A DNA stretch of 59,626 nt, counting the filler, from Sphacelaria rigidula (taxonomy: Eukaryota): assembly GCA_964200075.2 (NCBI GenBank). It is 7 parts of 7 records of this genome, joined end to end, with 100 filler letters (N's around TTAATTAATTAA, not from the genome) between each part and the next. Parts side by side here need not be neighbours in the genome. Positions count along the whole stretch, not along the records: positions 8,534 to 16,966 come from CAXNAA020011142.1; positions 17,067 to 25,498 come from CAXNAA020011143.1; 5 more parts are not named here. One strand, written 5' to 3'. Every line of letters begins with the position of its first letter. Within the stretch, counting starts at the first letter, position 1. The notes under the pieces were generated by a model. That model worked only from the letters and a program-made list of their open reading frames with translations. It was not told the DNA's origin and made no database searches. This document shows positions 11,544-24,898 of the stretch, piece by piece. A program made the translations under genes and the position numbers.

Positions 11544-11781
11544 TTGGCTCGGACATAAGAAAACGGTCAGGGTTCCTCATGTATGAATTTCGATAACAAC
11601 ACTTAAGATCCACCTGTTCAGATAAAGAGGAGCTTTTTGCGCCAATTGAAACACAACAGATTCGAAGCCTAGTATGACCATGGGCGATATCGGGTTAGTC
11701 ATGATGTTCGTGTATGTTTGATATATTTCTCGCCAGATATTACGCCATGTGCTCGCTCGCTATTTTAACATGAGGGCAAGA

Positions 11782-11813
<32 letters not shown>

Positions 11814-12014
11814 GACGCAAAATAGTGCCCTGAAAATGAAATCCCTTCGTTTTTTTCAAACTTCAAGACTTGGTGCGGTCTTGTTTTTTTCAAGTTTTAT
11901 AACAATGGACTCACTCATCTATGTTTGCTCATTCTTGGCGTGTTGTGGTGTTATGTTACCCATGAAAAAACGGGGGAGGGGGGGGGGGACAAAACAAAAC
12001 GATATGCTCTCCAG

Positions 12015-12206
12015 TGCTGGGGAGAAAACAGTTATGGACAGCTGGGCCTTGCGGACACTGAGCAACGCGGAGGGTTGAGCACTGTATCGGAAATGGGGGA
12101 TGACCTTCCTTACGTGGATCTCGGACTGCCGGAGGGTGAGGTGGCCAAATTTGTAGGGTGCTCGGACAGGCACACATGCGCGGTCACGACTGCTGGCGGC
12201 ATCAAG
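12015..12206 (+). CDS. RCC1/BLIP-II beta-propeller repeat protein, exon encoding one repeat (64 aa, phase 0-0)
   Basis: ctctccag|TGCTGG...ATCAAG|gtgggt; CWGENSYGQLG...DLPYVDLG...HTCAVTTAGGIK. Confidence 0.92.
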
Positions 12207-12336
12207 GTGGGTTGCTGCATGGATGTGTCTTGTCCGGGTGTATGTGTGCGTTGCAAGAGGTGAATTCATGAATGCCGCGAACGAGGGTAAGGTAATGCTG
12301 ATCTACTGATCAATGTGTGCTAGGCAACGCTGGCAC

Positions 12337-12381
12337 GTGCTGTGCTGTGCTATGCTGTGCTGTGCTGTGCTGTGCTGTGCT
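12337..12381. repeat. (TGTGC)n microsatellite
   Basis: Direct reading. Confidence 0.9.
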
Positions 12382-14054
12382 TCGCTGGGTCGATTGTTGA
12401 GCTGCTGTAAATGAGTTATATGTGGAGAGTGAAAGACGGACCTCTTTCCGAACCCTGGTGGTATTCAAAGTGACACATCTGAACGCTGGCTACCTATGCC
12501 AGTTAATTCAATGACGGAAGTCGAACGTACCACAACAGGCCACAAGGGTTGAGCAATGGTCCAATGAACACGGCAATATCAGCGCTGAACTAACCATCGG
12601 CTTCGGACACAAGGAGGTACCTGTTCGGGGCAGCCGTGGACCCTTCCTTCAGGGGTGAAGTTCGTGCGATGGACGGCGCACTCCTTCATTTGCTACTATA
12701 ATAGTGTTGGGAAACGTACCCCGTTACTGTCTTTTGTTGCCATTTCCAGTACCCGATTTTGTCCACTTTATCCAGACGTGGTACGTACCTGTACCTGTTC
12801 CGTGGGCGCGGGTCTCGTAGAGGTGGTGGTTCGCTAGCATCTTGACCGTACCCGAAAACGAAGAGATGAAACACAGGAAGAACACCAAAACACCCACGAG
12901 GACGACCGCGGCCTTTTTCATCGGCGAGGTGGTCAACCCTAGCAATACCCGACCTCCACACTATCAGCTAGCGTAAGCATTCAAAACATCTGACAAGACT
13001 GCGTCCGCAAGACACGAACCGGAGATTCTTTGTTGAGCGAACCGCGTGTAGTATATACCCCTCCCCTCCCAAACCCACTGCAACCCACCCCATTCCGTAA
13101 AGATCGTCGACGGCCATGAGTGCTGTGCTATTTTGCAGCAGCATGTTGGTATTATTCTGCATCCGGTTACGTAGTGTGTCACCAAGGCACTACCCCCCCC
13201 CTCCAAATATCAACACCATTCTAAGGCTGTACGGTAGTGTACCCCCAACGTGTAGATCAATCCCGCGTGGTAAATTTTGGGATAGTAGTGGACGTTCTTA
13301 CACCGATGTCATCCACGCCGTTTTGGGATACTACGTCGTAATATAGTTCTTCGTCAATCCTCGGCCGAGGAAGATAGAACGAGCACAACAGCACAGTGTC
13401 GTTCCTCCGACAAGATGTTCTAGGTGTCGGTTTACTCTTCACCTTTTCCTGAGGTCACACGAGACGGTAGGGCATGTGAATCTGTCCAAAAATTCTATAC
13501 GAATAAGGTACACCGTACCCGAAAAAACTCGTGTTGGATAGGCAAAATGAGTACCCTAAAAATACTTGCCCTAGCAGCGTGGATGATCTGCCCAGAGCAC
13601 AGCACGTTCCTCTCTGAGGAACTGTGTCATCGCGCATTTTTTGTTGTTTTTGTTTCTCGTCATACTCCAGTTAGATCCCTCCCCTTCCTCAGCAAGGAGT
13701 TCTTATTCTTGACGGATGAATCAACCCATTCCATCCCTCCGCCAGAACAGTACACGCCTCACATTTTGGTCTCGCCTATTGGGGCAGCACCCCAGCACCC
13801 CCCAACAGCGTCGACTCTCGTCAAACTCTATTTTGCTGTCGTTTTCACATCCTCATGTTTTCGACGATAATATATCGGATAATTCTTAGAGGAAGCCAAA
13901 CGTATCAATCTGCCGGGATTCAAATGTCGAATCTTCCGCGCCATGTGTCTTTCAAGCTGCACCATCTTAATTTTGATCGGTGGGGCGGGGCGGCAGCAGA
14001 TAAATAGCCTACATTACTCCGGTGTGCTCATCCATGGTTGACCTACCGTTGCAG

Positions 14055-14247
14055 TGCTGGGGCTACAATGACGGAGGGCAGCTGGGGTACGAGAACACGA
14101 CGAACATAGGTACGGGAGACAACCAGATGGGGGAGTTCCTGCCGTATGTGGACATCGGGATTCTGGACAACGAGACGGCGACTGCCGTGGCCCTTGGCTT
14201 CAAGCACACGTGCGCTCTTGTGTCGAATGGCGGCGTGAAGTGTTGGG
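14055..14247 (+). CDS. RCC1/BLIP-II repeat protein, next exon (one repeat, ends in phase 1)
   Basis: gttgcag|TGCTGG...TGTTGGG|gtgagt; CWGYNDGGQLG...FLPYVDIG...HTCALVSNGGVKCWG. Confidence 0.92.
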
Positions 14248-14836
14248 GTGAGTTTGTAGACAGATTGGCATGAAGATCGCTACTTGGCAGTTAAATCACC
14301 ACGATTGGAACATGCTTGCCTTTAGTGTAGAATCTGCGCAGGGGGAGTATTTCTGCGATTTCTTTGTTGAAGCACGATTGAAACATTCTTGGTTGAATAT
14401 AGGACGGTAGTGTCAGATATTATTTGACCCAACATTCCTGAGTGCTCCCATCGTGCCCAAATCCACAATTTCCTCAAATGGGCACCTCAAAAGGGGGGCG
14501 CCGATGATACGGAGGGCTCTGTCGACATACATAAACGTTGGCCTGTAGTGCATGCATCATTTTTCATACTAATTTTCCCCGTTCCCGAGAGTTCGCAGCA
14601 TCTTTGGTGGATTAGAGCTTGTGGTTCAAGGTCAAGAGTTGAAAGTTACGTCGAGAATGGCTCAACCATGTTGATTTGAGAACTGTATTTCGCAATGACC
14701 GCCACGAGTTGATTCAAGTCGTGGATTGGTTGGCTCCTTGGTTCGGATGATTTGATTCGATCGGTTGTCGGCGCTTGAACTCAAGTACTACGCAACAAAT
14801 TTAGCCGAGCTGATTGATCACACGATTTGGAATTCA

Positions 14837-15230
14837 TGTATGTATGTATGTATGTATGTATGTATGTATGTATGTATGTATGTATGTATGGTGTCACACA
14901 CAAGGTGGGTAAATGAACGAGAACCTAGAAACGCTTGCGGATGAATATGAAATTGACGAAGAGGTAGGATGAAAGGAACGGAGAAATGACGCGGGGAGCG
15001 AGGGAGGGATGGGGAGGTGAAGGGGGGTACTAATGTAATCATCTTGCAAGCGGTAGTCACAAGACGAGGGGGAAGAGGGAAAGGAAATCAGAATCAACCA
15101 AGTATAAAGGGGGGAAGGAAATAGTAAATCAAAGAACAAGGACGACACTAGTTCTGACGAAATGCGCGTGCGGTGACCACTCGGAAAGTCAGTCGCGGAC
15201 AATATGGTCGCTTTGAGGTAAATCCCGCAT
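14837..15230 (-). mobile_element. Probable 3' end of a non-LTR retroelement with a (CATA)n tail (microsatellite 14837-14890)
   Basis: (TGTA)n tract abutting a minus-strand pyrimidine-rich UTR-like segment; the element call is inference. Confidence 0.5.
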
Positions 15231-15339
15231 GTTCAATCAAGACTGACAATCAGCTAGGTGGTGGGCGACGCGGTGGCAATTGTGGGGGGGGGTACCCGTG
15301 AATGTTCCGTTGCGCTCGCAGAGGAGCATTTTGCAAACG

Positions 15340-15790
15340 TACGGGCTGGGCCAGCTCAAAATCGGCTGAAAGTTGTCCACACCACAGCTTTCCCAGTTTC
15401 CCGAATGAACCCGATTTAAGCATATGAATGTGAACTGCAGACCCACCTGATGACAAAGGACTGCGTCGCTGTTCGATTGGCGTCGTATTGCTGATGACGT
15501 CGTTGTACTGCATAGAGTACGGGGTGTGCCTGATATCGTTGGGAGATAGCGTGTCGGAGGGCGTTTCGTTTTTACTACTCTCATGCTGTACCTAACCCTC
15601 AACCCTTATCCTGGCAGGGGGTGGTGTCAAACGTATCGACAATACCGTGAAACACTTTGTCGTAGCACTACGAGCTGGGCCAGCTTCAAAGCTGCAAAAG
15701 TTTCTCACACCATAGCTTTCCCAGTTTCCCGAATGAACCCGATGTAAGCATATCACTGTGGGGTGTAGACCAACCTGGCAACACACGGTA
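15340..15790. repeat. Two diverged ~110-bp copies (15340-15455 and 15670-15785) with a telomere-like ctaaccctcaaccct between them
   Basis: gctgggccagct...agctttcccagtttcccgaatgaacccgat.taagcatat occurs twice. Confidence 0.75.
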
Positions 15791-15849
15791 CCGCCGCTAA
15801 ATGAGAAGAAGAAAAAAATGTACTGCATAATGTATGACCTTAACGGCGG

Positions 15850-15970
15850 ACGAAAAAAAAAGAGAATCTGTGGGAATTCGAACTCGTGACCTCCATAATT
15901 GGAGTCTCCCATCACTTGAATTATAGGGGTGCAGCAGCGTCACGCAAAACGTTGCACCCTCGGCCCAATT
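15850..15970 (-). mobile_element. tRNA-like SINE head of a second family
   Basis: Minus strand reads ggtcacgagttcgaattccca (B-box) followed by a T run; no intact cloverleaf. Confidence 0.45.
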
Positions 15971-17237
15971 CAACGACTCTTGAGCTGAAATTTCACGAAG
16001 ACCTTCTGCACCCAAGAAAATGATCCATCACGTGAGCAGCTGCAAATTCTCATTTTTCCTGGACTCCCGACATTATCTTGTTTTTGCTGAATCTTTAAAT
16101 ACACATAACTCCCTTTTTTCTTTTCTTTTTTCTCTCTTCGCTGCTCACGGGATGTTCTTCCTGTCGATCATAAAAATGTTGCTGTCAAAATTTCAGCGTC
16201 CAACTCCTAATATCACGCCGTGCGTCACCTGAGCGAGAAAATCACCCACTCTTGGCTGGCCCAGCTCGTAAAGCTTCGCTGCCGCGCCCCGGTGGTGTGA
16301 ATTAAAATGGTCCGACTGTCACTGAAAGGGTGGAGAAATCGTGTGTTCGACTCCTGATGTGTCGGGGTCTTCTTTCGAAATATCCGATTTCTGCCGTCGT
16401 GAGTACGTGAGTAAACGAAGAGTTCTTGGCTGAGTTTGTGTGACGAGAGTTGATGCTGTGGGGGGGTGTTGATCATGATCTAATCAGCGAGCTCAAATGT
16501 AAGGCGTGTACCGAGGAGAGATGGGTTGATCCCTGGAGACTAGTAAACCACGGTCTCGTCCCGAGGAAGGGGAGGGGTTCAAACCCCCTCGACGTCGACT
16601 ATGAATTCTTCGACCTGGTACCTACACACAATGTGCTCCTGCGTTATACGAGCACTTGTTTTTTCCCGGTGCACCCTTTTCGAGAATCCAAAAATGGTCA
16701 AGGACATCTGTAGCTCTAGCATTTTTTCATTGAGTCGAGATGGTGGCTACATGTGACGATGATTTCATCCGTGAGCGTATTCGTAAGCGATTGAGAGTTT
16801 TTGTTGCTGTTGTTGCATGGATTCGAGATGATAATCGATGATTGACTTCACTTGACATTATAAATACATGAAATTTCATCTCAAAGCGTTCCTCCCTCCA
16901 TCAAGGAAAAAAAAAAAAAATCTCAAAGCGTATTCGTATCCCCAAAGTTTTTTTTTTATTTTTATGNNNNNNNNNNNNNNNNNNNNNNNNNNNNNNNNNN
17001 NNNNNNNNNNTTAATTAATTAANNNNNNNNNNNNNNNNNNNNNNNNNNNNNNNNNNNNNNNNNNNNTGAAAGTGAATGCACACCGTTTTTTTCTTTTTTT
17101 TTGTGGCGCATAGTTGATATACCCTTCGAAATCACGTCAGGCCCACCCAGCTTTTTTTCCTTCTCATTCTGAACATAACTCCCGCAATATTGAACATGCT
17201 CCAAAGGCGACACTCGTTCGATCCCCTCCGTCAACTT

Positions 17238-17580
17238 TGTTCATATAAGACACAGTCGGACAGTGAGTGTGACTTATCCTACCCGGACGGTGTGTGTGTG
17301 TAGGTTGTAGCTTCTCACTCGGTGAAAGGGTACGGAGAGTGCGGAGCCGTGACGTGGACTTGAACAGGATGGACTTTGCAAGCCGGTTTGGGTCGAGGTA
17401 CAGAACTGACAGAGCGGGGGAGGCACCCACGGGGATACCTCCCGAGACGGGAGAATGTCGATCCCAGACTGGGGATCGGAGGGTGACAGTCCCAGGGTGA
17501 CAGACCCGGGAAGACGGTTCGGATTGACTGGCCCAGGTTTATTAGTAAGCGGGTCGGGTTATACAGAGGTCATAATAACA
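17238..17580 (-). mobile_element. LTR type 2 (343 bp, TGTT...AACA) preceded by a PPT at 17581-17592
   Basis: Minus strand G-run+ta|TGTTATTATG ... ATATGAACA; partial inverted copy at 25336-25498. Confidence 0.8.
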
Positions 17581-18359
17581 TACCCCCCCAGCTACAGCGG
17601 TGTTAGCGCGCGACTCCGCTCAAGCTAAAGACTGGTATTTGAACCTCTAGGGACAAGACCTGACGAGTTTACTAATATCCGATCCACTAATGTGGCATGA
17701 GAGGTTCCACGAGACGAAGTGGATATATGCGCCCATTAGACAACACTTGCTAAGACTTGTACAAGACAATACCGTGACTTTCTTTTTTCTGAATATATCC
17801 TCAACGGAGGAGCAAATACATGTACATTTTATTTTAGTCAATTTGACGACAAACCTGCAAGGTTGTTTCTTGACATATGTATTTGCAGACATACGCGTAT
17901 GTGGGGCGGAACGATTTCTTGCCAAGACTTGGTCACTTGTGACGGACGTGTGACTTGTGAAAAAACATGTGACTGAAGCATGGTGAAAAACGTGATGGAA
18001 CCATGATGGGTTTACTTTGGCCAAAAACTTGAATACTTTCACCATTACTTGAACATGGTCATGTTTGAACTGACTTTGACAAGACGTGGCCGTGAAAAAC
18101 ATTGTTGAGACGAGACAAGACAAGAGATGACTGATGTGGGTAAAACATTATGTATTCTGGGGTCTTAATCCAACAGCGTTCATATTGTTTGCCCAGTGAT
18201 CAATGCATCTGTGGAACGTACGATGATGAATATCGAAGAAAATGTTGGTGTTTTCTGGTACAACCACCTGGAGTCCTCATCCAACAGGTGTGAAATACCC
18301 ACCATTTCGATTATTCGAAAGTCCAAGATCGAGAATCAGATTTCAACTTGTTGTTTCAT

Positions 18360-18819
18360 GGGGTAAGAGTGAGTAAAAAGTGGTGAAGGGGTGAACGTGC
18401 ACGCAACGTTGCAACCAACTGGGGTCTTGATCCATTAGTGGTGCGAGCTTGGTGGTTGTTCCCCGTATTTGGAGAAGTAGAAGAGCCCGAGAAGATAAAC
18501 ATATATTAACGTTTTCACCGAACCCACCACATCGTGGCGAAGCGTAGCGGCCTTGACGTCCGGGGAACCAAAATTCGGGATTCACCAGCGAAATAAATAC
18601 GGAAACGACGTACCACTCGACTCTGAGACGGCCATATTTGTACTCAACGAGGACGCAAGACAAGAGTGAATGAGTATATCCAAATGCTTACGGTACTTGA
18701 TTGAGTGTACGAGGTACATGAACAAACAAACAAAAACAAAAACACGAAAAAAAAATCATCAGTAGCGAGACTAAAGGAGAAGAAATGAATGAATACAACA
18801 AGAAGTGGTACTCCATGTG
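18360..18819. repeat. Left arm of a long inverted repeat pairing with 24899-25335; begins with PBS-like TGGAGTACCAC (18815-18805, minus)
   Basis: Reverse-complement match with scattered substitutions and indels; ORFs 18343-18663(-) and 25049-25450(+) translate near-identically. Confidence 0.95.
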
Positions 18820-18930
18820 ACTCACGTAAATAGTGTGACAAGAGATAAAAATACAACGCTTCTTGAAAAAAAAATATCTCGAGGACGTGGACTTGGTAGC
18901 GAGATTGATCGACTACCTATAGCTGCTGCA
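18816..18930 (-). mobile_element. Short LTR type 1 (~115 bp, TG...CA) between a PPT (18931-18942) and the PBS-like motif
   Basis: Minus strand ggggggagtga|TGCAGC ... GAGTCACA|TGGAGTACCAC. Confidence 0.65.
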
Positions 18931-19276
18931 TCACTCCCCCCCGGCCAAACCCCCATGAAAGCGACACATGACTGTCGGCGCACGACGGTGGACGTGGGCA
19001 GTCGGCCCGACAAAACAGACGGTATACCAGAAGACATATGTACACCGAAGTCCTAACTGAGGGTGCGGTATATCACCCTAGTTGATACACACAAGACAAA
19101 GTAAACCATGTTCGACGTGGTTCGCAACGGCGAAGACCGGACGAGGTGTATGAAACACCAGTGGCAACGACATATGCCTCTATAACTAGTATATACAAAC
19201 GGCACAAAAAGACGGGACGACAACTTACCAAAAACATACAGAAGACTGACGACAACTGTTGGCACTCACGGCGCTG

Positions 19277-22200
19277 CTACTTCTTTACTGTACGGGGAGC
19301 ATCAAATGCAGATGGATCCGCTGACAAAGTGACTGCCCGGTACGACTCTATCATTTCCCGGCACTGCGGAACTTCTTTATGATGATTCCAAACCCCCATC
19401 GCTTGTGGATGACCCTTCAACAAAAGGTGGTACTGTTAATTTGTCGACGACGCGCTGCCAACTCCGCGCTTGTGTCCGTCGATGCCTTCGACCGTGTAGG
19501 GACCCAGCTTGACCGCATTGAGGGAACCGTCGAGATCGGGGACTGGCAACTTTGTACGTAAAAACAAGTCATCGAGATCTGAGAGATCGGGGACGGACGA
19601 ATCGAGGGGCGGGCGGTATTTTTCAACCTTCCGAGATGAACAGTGACCTGAGACATCTCCCCATCTTTACTGACGCGGTAAAGGACGGGAGACAACTGAG
19701 CACGGGCAGTGTCAGGACCACGCCACGGGCTGACGAGCTTAGGGTTATGTCCATCAGTCGTAGTGTACGGGCGGTGGAGCAGAACTTGCTCTCCCATTTT
19801 GAACTGGGGAAACGACAACTTAGCATTGACGGATGCTTGTGAATGAGCTCGCTCTTTAAGATTACTTCGGGCTAACTCATACGCGAGTTGTAACCGCTCG
19901 ACGGTCTGCCTAGTATACTCTAACGAAGACTGTGGAGCCGATGTCGACGGGACACCGAGAATGACATCTACCGGCAACACTGCAGGGCGGCCAAACATGA
20001 AAAAGTGCGGCGTTTCTTGCAGTGTGGCAGAGTAGGCAGTCTTATGCGCGAGTTGTACAACGAGCAGAAAATCAGCCCAATTGCGACACGCAATATCACT
20101 GTACATTGCGAGCATGTTGTGTACGGTACTATGGACACGCTCGAGAACAGAGTTGCCTTGGGGACGGTAGGCAGAGGTACGCGTTTTCTTGTACCCAAAG
20201 ACAGTTTGGAGTTCATTGACAAGTTGGTTTTCGAACTCCCTTCCGAGATCAGAATGTAAGGTCTCAGGTGGACTGAAGACAGCGATAACACGTATGACAA
20301 GCTGACGGCCGACAGTGGTCGCGAGTTTGTCAGGCACTGCTTTCAGAACGACGAACTGTGTTAATAGTCGATAACGGACATGATGTAACGGTTACCTCGA
20401 GAAAGAGTTTTATACTCGACCAAGTCTACTGCTACACACTGAAATACGCGGGCGACCTCCCGATGTCCCATGGGGAGCTGCGGCGTGCGGCGAAGCGTTT
20501 TACGATGTTGACATGACTGACAATGATCAATATGACGTCGAACATCGGCATGAATAGAAGACCACCTATAGCGGTCTCTAATCCGGTCAAAAGTGGCTTT
20601 GAAGGCCAAGTGACCACCTGACGCAGGCAAATAATGACATGCGTTGATTACTAACGACCGAAATATGGTGGGAACTACCAACTGATCGCGAAAATCCGAT
20701 TGTTTACGCAAATTACCCGGTAGGTATGACCTGAAAAGCCGTCCTTCCAGGAGGAAGAAATGGCTCATTGTGTACTTGTTTCTTTACGTGGGAGTGGACT
20801 AGACTCTGGGTTACGCAGGTATGCAAAATATCAACTGTACTCTGCTTCCTGTTGGGAGGTGAACTGGTCGGGATCAACAAGGGGGAATACTGACACAGCG
20901 CCCGTGAATAGGTCACGATCACTTTCAACGGGGGCAATATCATTCAGGTTGTGAGCTGAAACCTCTAACTCACGAGGTGACGGTGAATGGTACGGTTGAT
21001 CGTCGGGGACATTCCGACAAATTACCGCTAGGCGAGGTTTTGTGACAACATCCTCACCTTTTGTATCGCCAAACAAACGTGACAACGCATCGGGTACAAC
21101 ATTTAATTTACCCGGGACATGCTTCACTGTAAAATCAAAACTTTGAATCGACCAACGGGTCAGCATGTTACTCGTGTCTTGCATCTGATGAAGATGACAC
21201 AGCGCTTGATGATCCGTGTAGACCGTAAAATGTCTGCCCCATAAATACGGGCGAGAATGCATGAGCGTGGAGACTAAACCTCAACATTCTTTGTTTGTAG
21301 GGCTACAGTGACGCTGAGACCTGGAAAAGCGTCTACTAAAATACGCGATGATACTGACATCATCGAGGGACTGAGAGTTTGAGGTGGCGTTCCCGAGGAA
21401 ACCACCCATAGCAACCTCTGAGGCGTCTGTGTGTACAACAAACTTTTTTTTTGAAGTCCGGAAATTTGAAGACTGATTCAGCGGTCAACACACGCTCGAT
21501 GTGGTCAAAAGCTGCAGACTGTTCAGTTCCTCAAGCTTTCAAAAAGTTATGTTTCTTTTCACAACTTTTTTGTGTGAGAGCGACAAGGGGACCAGTGATT
21601 TCGGCGTAGTCTTTGATAAAACGCCTGACGAAGCTGACCATACCTAGAACTGACCGAAGTTGTTTGATTGACTTCGCGGGTTCGAGGTCGCAGATGGCTT
21701 TGATGCGGTCTTTACCGATGGAGACACCTTCGGGAGTAATGACGTGACCGAGATATGTAACTTCCTTGGGACCGAACTGAATTTTCGACGGTTTGAGGAT
21801 CAGACCTGCTGCTTGTAATGCAGAAAGCATGAGACGAAGGGACTTGAGGTGTTCGTCAATTGTGTCACTGATACCCAAAATATCATCAGTGTAACACAGA
21901 ATACCAGATTCTGGACCCAGATGTCCTAAGACAATGGACATCATACGTTGATACAACCAAGGGGCAGACATGACACCAAACGGCATGTGTAAAAACACAT
22001 ATTTACCGGACGGGGTAGTGAAAGCTGTCTTGTCTACATCCTCAGCTGCGACCGGAAGTTGCCAGAAAGCCGACATGACGTCCGCGACCGTGATGAAACG
22101 AGCACCGCCGACGGCGTCCAAACACGTACCCATGTTGGGCAAGGGCCAAGATTTGCGGATTAGATACTTGTTGAGGGTGTTACGATAATCCACGCAAAAT

Positions 22201-23450
22201 ATTGGTGAGCCATCCTTTTTTGCGACTATACATGACGGGGAACCCCAAGCGCTAGGGCGCTCTTCAATGATTCTCCATTCGAGCATATCTTCGACACATT
22301 TCTCGATGGATTCGGCTGTACGGGGGTTGGAACGATATGGTAGTTTGTCGACAAGTACAGTATTTTCCGGGACAGGAAAAGTGGCTTCCGCCACAGTGCA
22401 AGTACCAAGCTCTAGCATAGACAGTGAAAACACTGGCCGAAATTCAGCACATAAATCACGGACACAATTCTGCTGTTCTACTGTGAAGGTAGAGTCATTG
22501 AAAGCAGAAGACAGGGGTTCTCGGAGGTCATCCTTAGCTTTTTGCAACTCGACGGAAGTGGAGGGACTTTTGGCTACTGCATTCATGTGCGGATGGGCGG
22601 GATCGACTACAGTGACAGTGTACAGGGTACCAAGGACCAAGCCTATGGGCAAGGACACGGCTTCAGACGATGCCTTTGCAACTTGCACTACGACAGAACC
22701 ATCTATCACTGACCAGTGGGACAGGGTACGTGCAACTATCAACGACTCGAAGACGACGGGACGGTCTACTTTAGACATTTCATCTGTGGTGACTAAGCGA
22801 GGTTCAACAACGACAGTACAATCACGCAGGGGACGACATTCCGTAAATGCTAGGAGTAGGGCTTCGTGAAGAGGTTTGACAGTAACACGCTGTAGTAAAG
22901 TGACAAATTGTTGTGGAACATCATGTACTGCTGCTACAGTGGACTGTGTTTTACTTCAAGACGGGACTGACTGTGGACTACGATGTACTACGGGGATAGT
23001 TTGACTACCCTTTGAAAAAGACAACGTTTGACTAGACCAGTCGATGGTGGCACCGAATTTTGACATGCAGTTGTGGTCGAGCAGTAAGGTATCAGGACCT
23101 AACGAAGGAACGACAAGTGCTTCAACGCGACGTGTGACTTGACCAAGGGTTAATGAAAAAGCCACGAACCCAAGGACATTTATCGGCGAACCGTTTGCTG
23201 CCCGGAGCGAGACGGCTGCTGGGGGTACGGGGGACACTGGCAATTTCTGCAGCATGGGGTGTGATTTGAACCATGCAGCGGAACAAACTGAACAGTCAGT
23301 TGCAGTGACGACCGTTACATCTTTAACCTCAACTGGACCAACCAATCCTGAGATGCGAACGCGTCTCGAGGAAAAAGCAAGTGACAACGGTCCATGCTGT
23401 GAACACAGCGAGGAAGTGTACCAAAGTGTGTGCGTATCATCTTCACTGAT
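19277..23450 (-). mobile_element. pol: Ty3/Gypsy pol (PR-RT-RNase H-INT-chromodomain), disrupted by frameshifts and stops
   Basis: Degenerate protease (VTVVTATDCSV...LLLD..CM); RT FCVDYR, MPFGV, CYTDDIL; RNase H VHTDAS, FTVYTDHQAL; integrase HHCC (H..GGH, CQSCQ), VAVDL, HSDLGREF, SVLERVH, PWRGP; chromo-like YTVEGIDGHKR..QYHLLLKGH..W; stop at 19277-19279. Confidence 0.97.
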
Positions 23451-23814
23451 TGGATCGGGCGCGGACGGCGACCTGTTGACGTTGTCATGCACGGGTGTGA
23501 CAGGCGGGGCTACAGTACCAGATTCTGACTTTTTCCGAGGTGGACGAGACGGAACATCTGGTGTTACTGTAGCGACAGATGATACATGAGACGAGTCAGG
23601 TGTGGCAGGGTGACGTGGCTTTTCGGCAAGATTGATTGAAGTACCAAACCCACTGTCGGGACAACTACACCATGACACGAGTCTCTCAAACACACACTGA
23701 CGGGATACTGTCGAAAGCCGAGCTTTACGCCGCCGGACGTCCCTACTAGCTACTACTTTGCTACTAGGGGGGGGTACTCCATACCAGTGATGACGGCCTC
23801 CTGGCTGGGCACCT

Positions 23815-24879
23815 TCAGCCGCTATCCTGCTCTTCGTCCGAAGATGGAGGAGTCGGGGCCGTAGGTGCTGGTGCCGGCGTCCCCGCTGGTTTGGTCGCCC
23901 TCGCCTTCGGCTTCCCAGTTGATTTGTTTGCCTTCGCCTTGCCTGCTTTACTTTTCTTCTGCGGGGAGGCCGTTTGAGTAGCGGCCTTTTTCCGAGCGCG
24001 TATCTCATCAATGAGAATTTTGTACGCACGCGGATCCTCGATAGCGAGGCGGTCTACGCGCTCATCATAGTGATGAGTGTGGGGGCGGGTGCACCTACGG
24101 TAGCCGCATAACCTAGGAGGGGCGGGAGATTCCGGTGACGGCGATTTTCTTTCACGGTCCGATTTGTTTTTTCGTTTGCCACGTGGTGTGACGGGGGATG
24201 AAAACGTAACGGATGAAACGGTGTGCGTAGACGTGTTACCGGCTGCGATATTACGAGCACGATCAACAGCCTCCTGCAGAGTAACCGCTGGTTTTTGTGT
24301 TGTAGATGTGTGGCGAACGGCGGGTTTTAGCCCGTTCGACCACATACAGACGGTGAAAGCTGTCCAAGCATCATCGGTGCCAGGTGCCCGCTTGACGGCG
24401 GACTCGTGTCGGCGGAGGAGTTGACGGTACCGGGTTACGTAACCCTGTACAGATTCCGTTGGTTACCAAGTAAAGGCTGCAATTACACGAGCGTGTTCTT
24501 GCACACCATTTGCTGACATGAGCAAATCTCAAAATGCGGACGCCAACTGCTCCCATGTGCGTGGGGGTTCGAATGAACCTTTGCAACGCACATCATCCGG
24601 CGTGATACGGTCTGATTCCCAATCAATCTGGCCTTCCATTAACTGATTATACACCAACAAGCTACCCCCGTCGAGGATAAGAAAGAGGTGTTCGTAGGCC
24701 AGGACATCGTCGTAAGATAGGTCGTTGGGGCGCACAGATTTAGCTTTGAAGCCAACTTTGATACGGTAACTACTCAGAACCTCGGGGAGATCTGTACTAG
24801 TTGTAGCATCAGTGATGCGCGGGCAGTGTTTGAGGTCAGCTGGTGTTATATGACACACTTTCTGGGAATGGTTGGACAT
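23815..24879 (-). mobile_element. gag: gag of the same Gypsy element, with in-frame stops
   Basis: PRTWEQLASAF, ESVQGYVTRY, WSNGLKP..TLQEAVDRARNI and a zinc-knuckle-like CGYRRC...H, lying upstream of the protease. Confidence 0.8.
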
Positions 24880-24898
24880 CACTGTAGACCCCCTCTTC

